Assembly (NCBI GenBank): GCA_028277665.1
Contig: JANQFU010000014.1
Coordinates: 4,926 to 68,925 of the forward strand
Direction of reading: 5' to 3'
DNA length: 64,000 nucleotides
DNA from: Alphaproteobacteria bacterium
GTDB lineage: Bacteria; Pseudomonadota; Alphaproteobacteria; Micavibrionales; Micavibrionaceae
The translations under genes and the position numbers were made by a program. This document shows, piece by piece, positions 62,678-64,000 of the stretch; within the stretch, counting starts at the first letter, position 1, and each line of letters begins with the position of its first letter. The notes beneath the pieces are model-generated. The model was not told the DNA's origin and ran no database searches. It worked only from the letters and a program-made list of their open reading frames with translations.

Positions 62678-64000
62678 ATGCGCGCTTTTTCAAAAGGTCT
62701 TTCCGCCTTGTTATCCATCGGGTTATGCGTAGGGGTTGTTGCGGTGCTTTCGGCCTGCGATCTGGCCCGGAACCAGATGAAAACCGACCGGGCAGCCGAT
62801 CTCGAATTTCAGGATTACAGGGATTCTCTGGCCCCAAGAACGCCGGAACCCGTTCAAACGTCTGATGCCGGTGTGCCGGAGTTTTTGCCGTATGTCGCGG
62901 AGAGAAGCGAGGCCTTGAAGCCTATGCCGCTTGTTTCGATTTCCGTGAACCAGACAGTTCCGCTCAGGGACGTTTTATTCGAGTTGGCCGAGCAGGCCGG
63001 ATATGACCTTGAGCTTGATCCGAGAATTTCCGGGGCTGTTATTTTCAAGGCGCGTCAGAAGCCGTTTGATGTTGTGATCGAAAGACTCACGAAAATTGCC
63101 GGGCTGCGCTACGAGTTCAAGGACGAAATTCTCCATGTTGAGCTCGATAAGCCGTACATAGAAACATACAAGATTGATTATCTGAATATGATTAGAAAAA
63201 CGGAAAGCTCGATCGACAGCAGTGTGTCCGTCGTGTCCGGGGACGGTGCGGATACCGGGTCCAGCTTTTCCAGCGCGATACAAACCCAATCCGATTTCTG
63301 GGGCGATCTTGAGATGAGTATCGCCCAGATTCTCGAGGGAGATACGGATAATCGGGCGATGAGGACCGGGACGACTCCGCGTGTCACTTCCGTCTCGTCC
63401 TCGCCGCGGGCGCCGGTTCAGTCTTCCGGCGGTGCCGGTTCCGACGGCATACAGGTCTCTCCGCCTGAGGCCGTCCTTCGCGTTGATTCTCTTCCGCTGG
63501 ATGAAGAAGACGAAGATAGCGGGCGCGCTTCAGGGCGGCGGGGAGGACTGCAGGGTGTCTCGACATTTTCGTTGAATCGTCAGGCCGGTCTGATCACGGT
63601 TTATGCAACGCAGCAGCAACATAAAGTCGTTGAAAAATTTCTGAAAAAACTGAAAAGGGCCGTGACATCACAGGTTCTGATCGAGGCGAAAGTGCTTGAA
63701 GTCGGTTTGATGGACGAATATTCGGCCGGGATTGACTGGGACACCATCTTGCGCGTGAACAACAGGAATTTTTCGGTCGATTTTCCGTTTGCCGGCGGCG
63801 CGCTTGATCCGGCCGCTGCGGGTGACGCCGTATTTTCCTACCCGATCGGCGACAGCGACATCGGCGCGACGATCAACGCCGTCTCACGTTTCGGAACCGT
63901 GCGCGCGCTCGCGTCTCCGCGTCTGACGGTTCTGAACAACCAGACGGCATCGTTGAATGTGGCGGATAATCAGGTTTATTTTGAAATCGATATCGAAAGC
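62678..64000 (+). CDS. lipoprotein secretin (PilQ/MshL/GspD family), 3' end outside window
   Basis: This ORF is not in the supplied track because it has no stop in the window. I translated it by hand from ATG 62678 and it stays open for 441 codons to 64000. It has lipobox VLSAC, an N0-like domain (ISVNQTVPLRDVLFELAEQAGYDLELD), and the start of the secretin core (VLIEAKVLEVGL...GIDW, RALASPRLTVLNNQTASLNV). Confidence 0.8.
   Translation, partial: MRAFSKGLSALLSIGLCVGVVAVLSACDLARNQMKTDRAADLEFQDYRDSLAPRTPEPVQTSDAGVPEFLPYVAERSEALKPMPLVSISVNQTVPLRDVLFELAEQAGYDLELDPRISGAVIFKARQKPFDVVIERLTKIAGLRYEFKDEILHVELDKPYIETYKIDYLNMIRKTESSIDSSVSVVSGDGADTGSSFSSAIQTQSDFWGDLEMSIAQILEGDTDNRAMRTGTTPRVTSVSSSPRAPVQSSGGAGSDGIQVSPPEAVLRVDSLPLDEEDEDSGRASGRRGGLQGVSTFSLNRQAGLITVYATQQQHKVVEKFLKKLKRAVTSQVLIEAKVLEVGLMDEYSAGIDWDTILRVNNRNFSVDFPFAGGALDPAAAGDAVFSYPIGDSDIGATINAVSRFGTVRALASPRLTVLNNQTASLNVADNQVYFEIDIES

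Overview
This 64-kb chromosomal window reads like an alphaproteobacterium. Supporting features are an alpha-type nuo operon, PopZ/DUF2497-like and DUF2336-like proteins, a GTTC-N7-GTTC SOS box ahead of recA, split glyQ/glyS, and ppdK. The first ~33 kb is mostly housekeeping: hslO (5' end cut by the window), trkH, an OmpA-family lipoprotein, tRNA-Gly(CCC), pcm, tolC, a popZ-like gene, valS, rpmE, epmA, nuoABCD-[vapBC insertion]-nuoEFGHI (the operon stops after nuoI), pgk, recA, glyQS and ppdK. The second half is more accessory and is dominated by type IV filament biology. At 33.8-36.6 kb a Cys-rich secreted protein precedes a 633-aa modular pilin with a fibre-like C-terminal module. At 45.2-64.0 kb two operons diverge. 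The minus-strand operon is hypothetical-flhF-flhG-proline-rich FliK-like protein-non-canonical pilin-like protein. The plus-strand set is pilB-pilC-pilM/N-like fusion-pilO-like-pilP-like-ABC ATPase, a TPR protein, pilD, pilT, pilU and a lipoprotein secretin that runs off the window. A family of nested palindromic (MITE/RPE-like) repeats is scattered through intergenic regions, and one copy supplies the C-terminus of nuoE. I saw no rRNA, CRISPR array, transposase or integrase. All functional calls come from reading motifs in the supplied translations and the DNA; no database search was possible, so family names are recognition-based and start codons are approximate.
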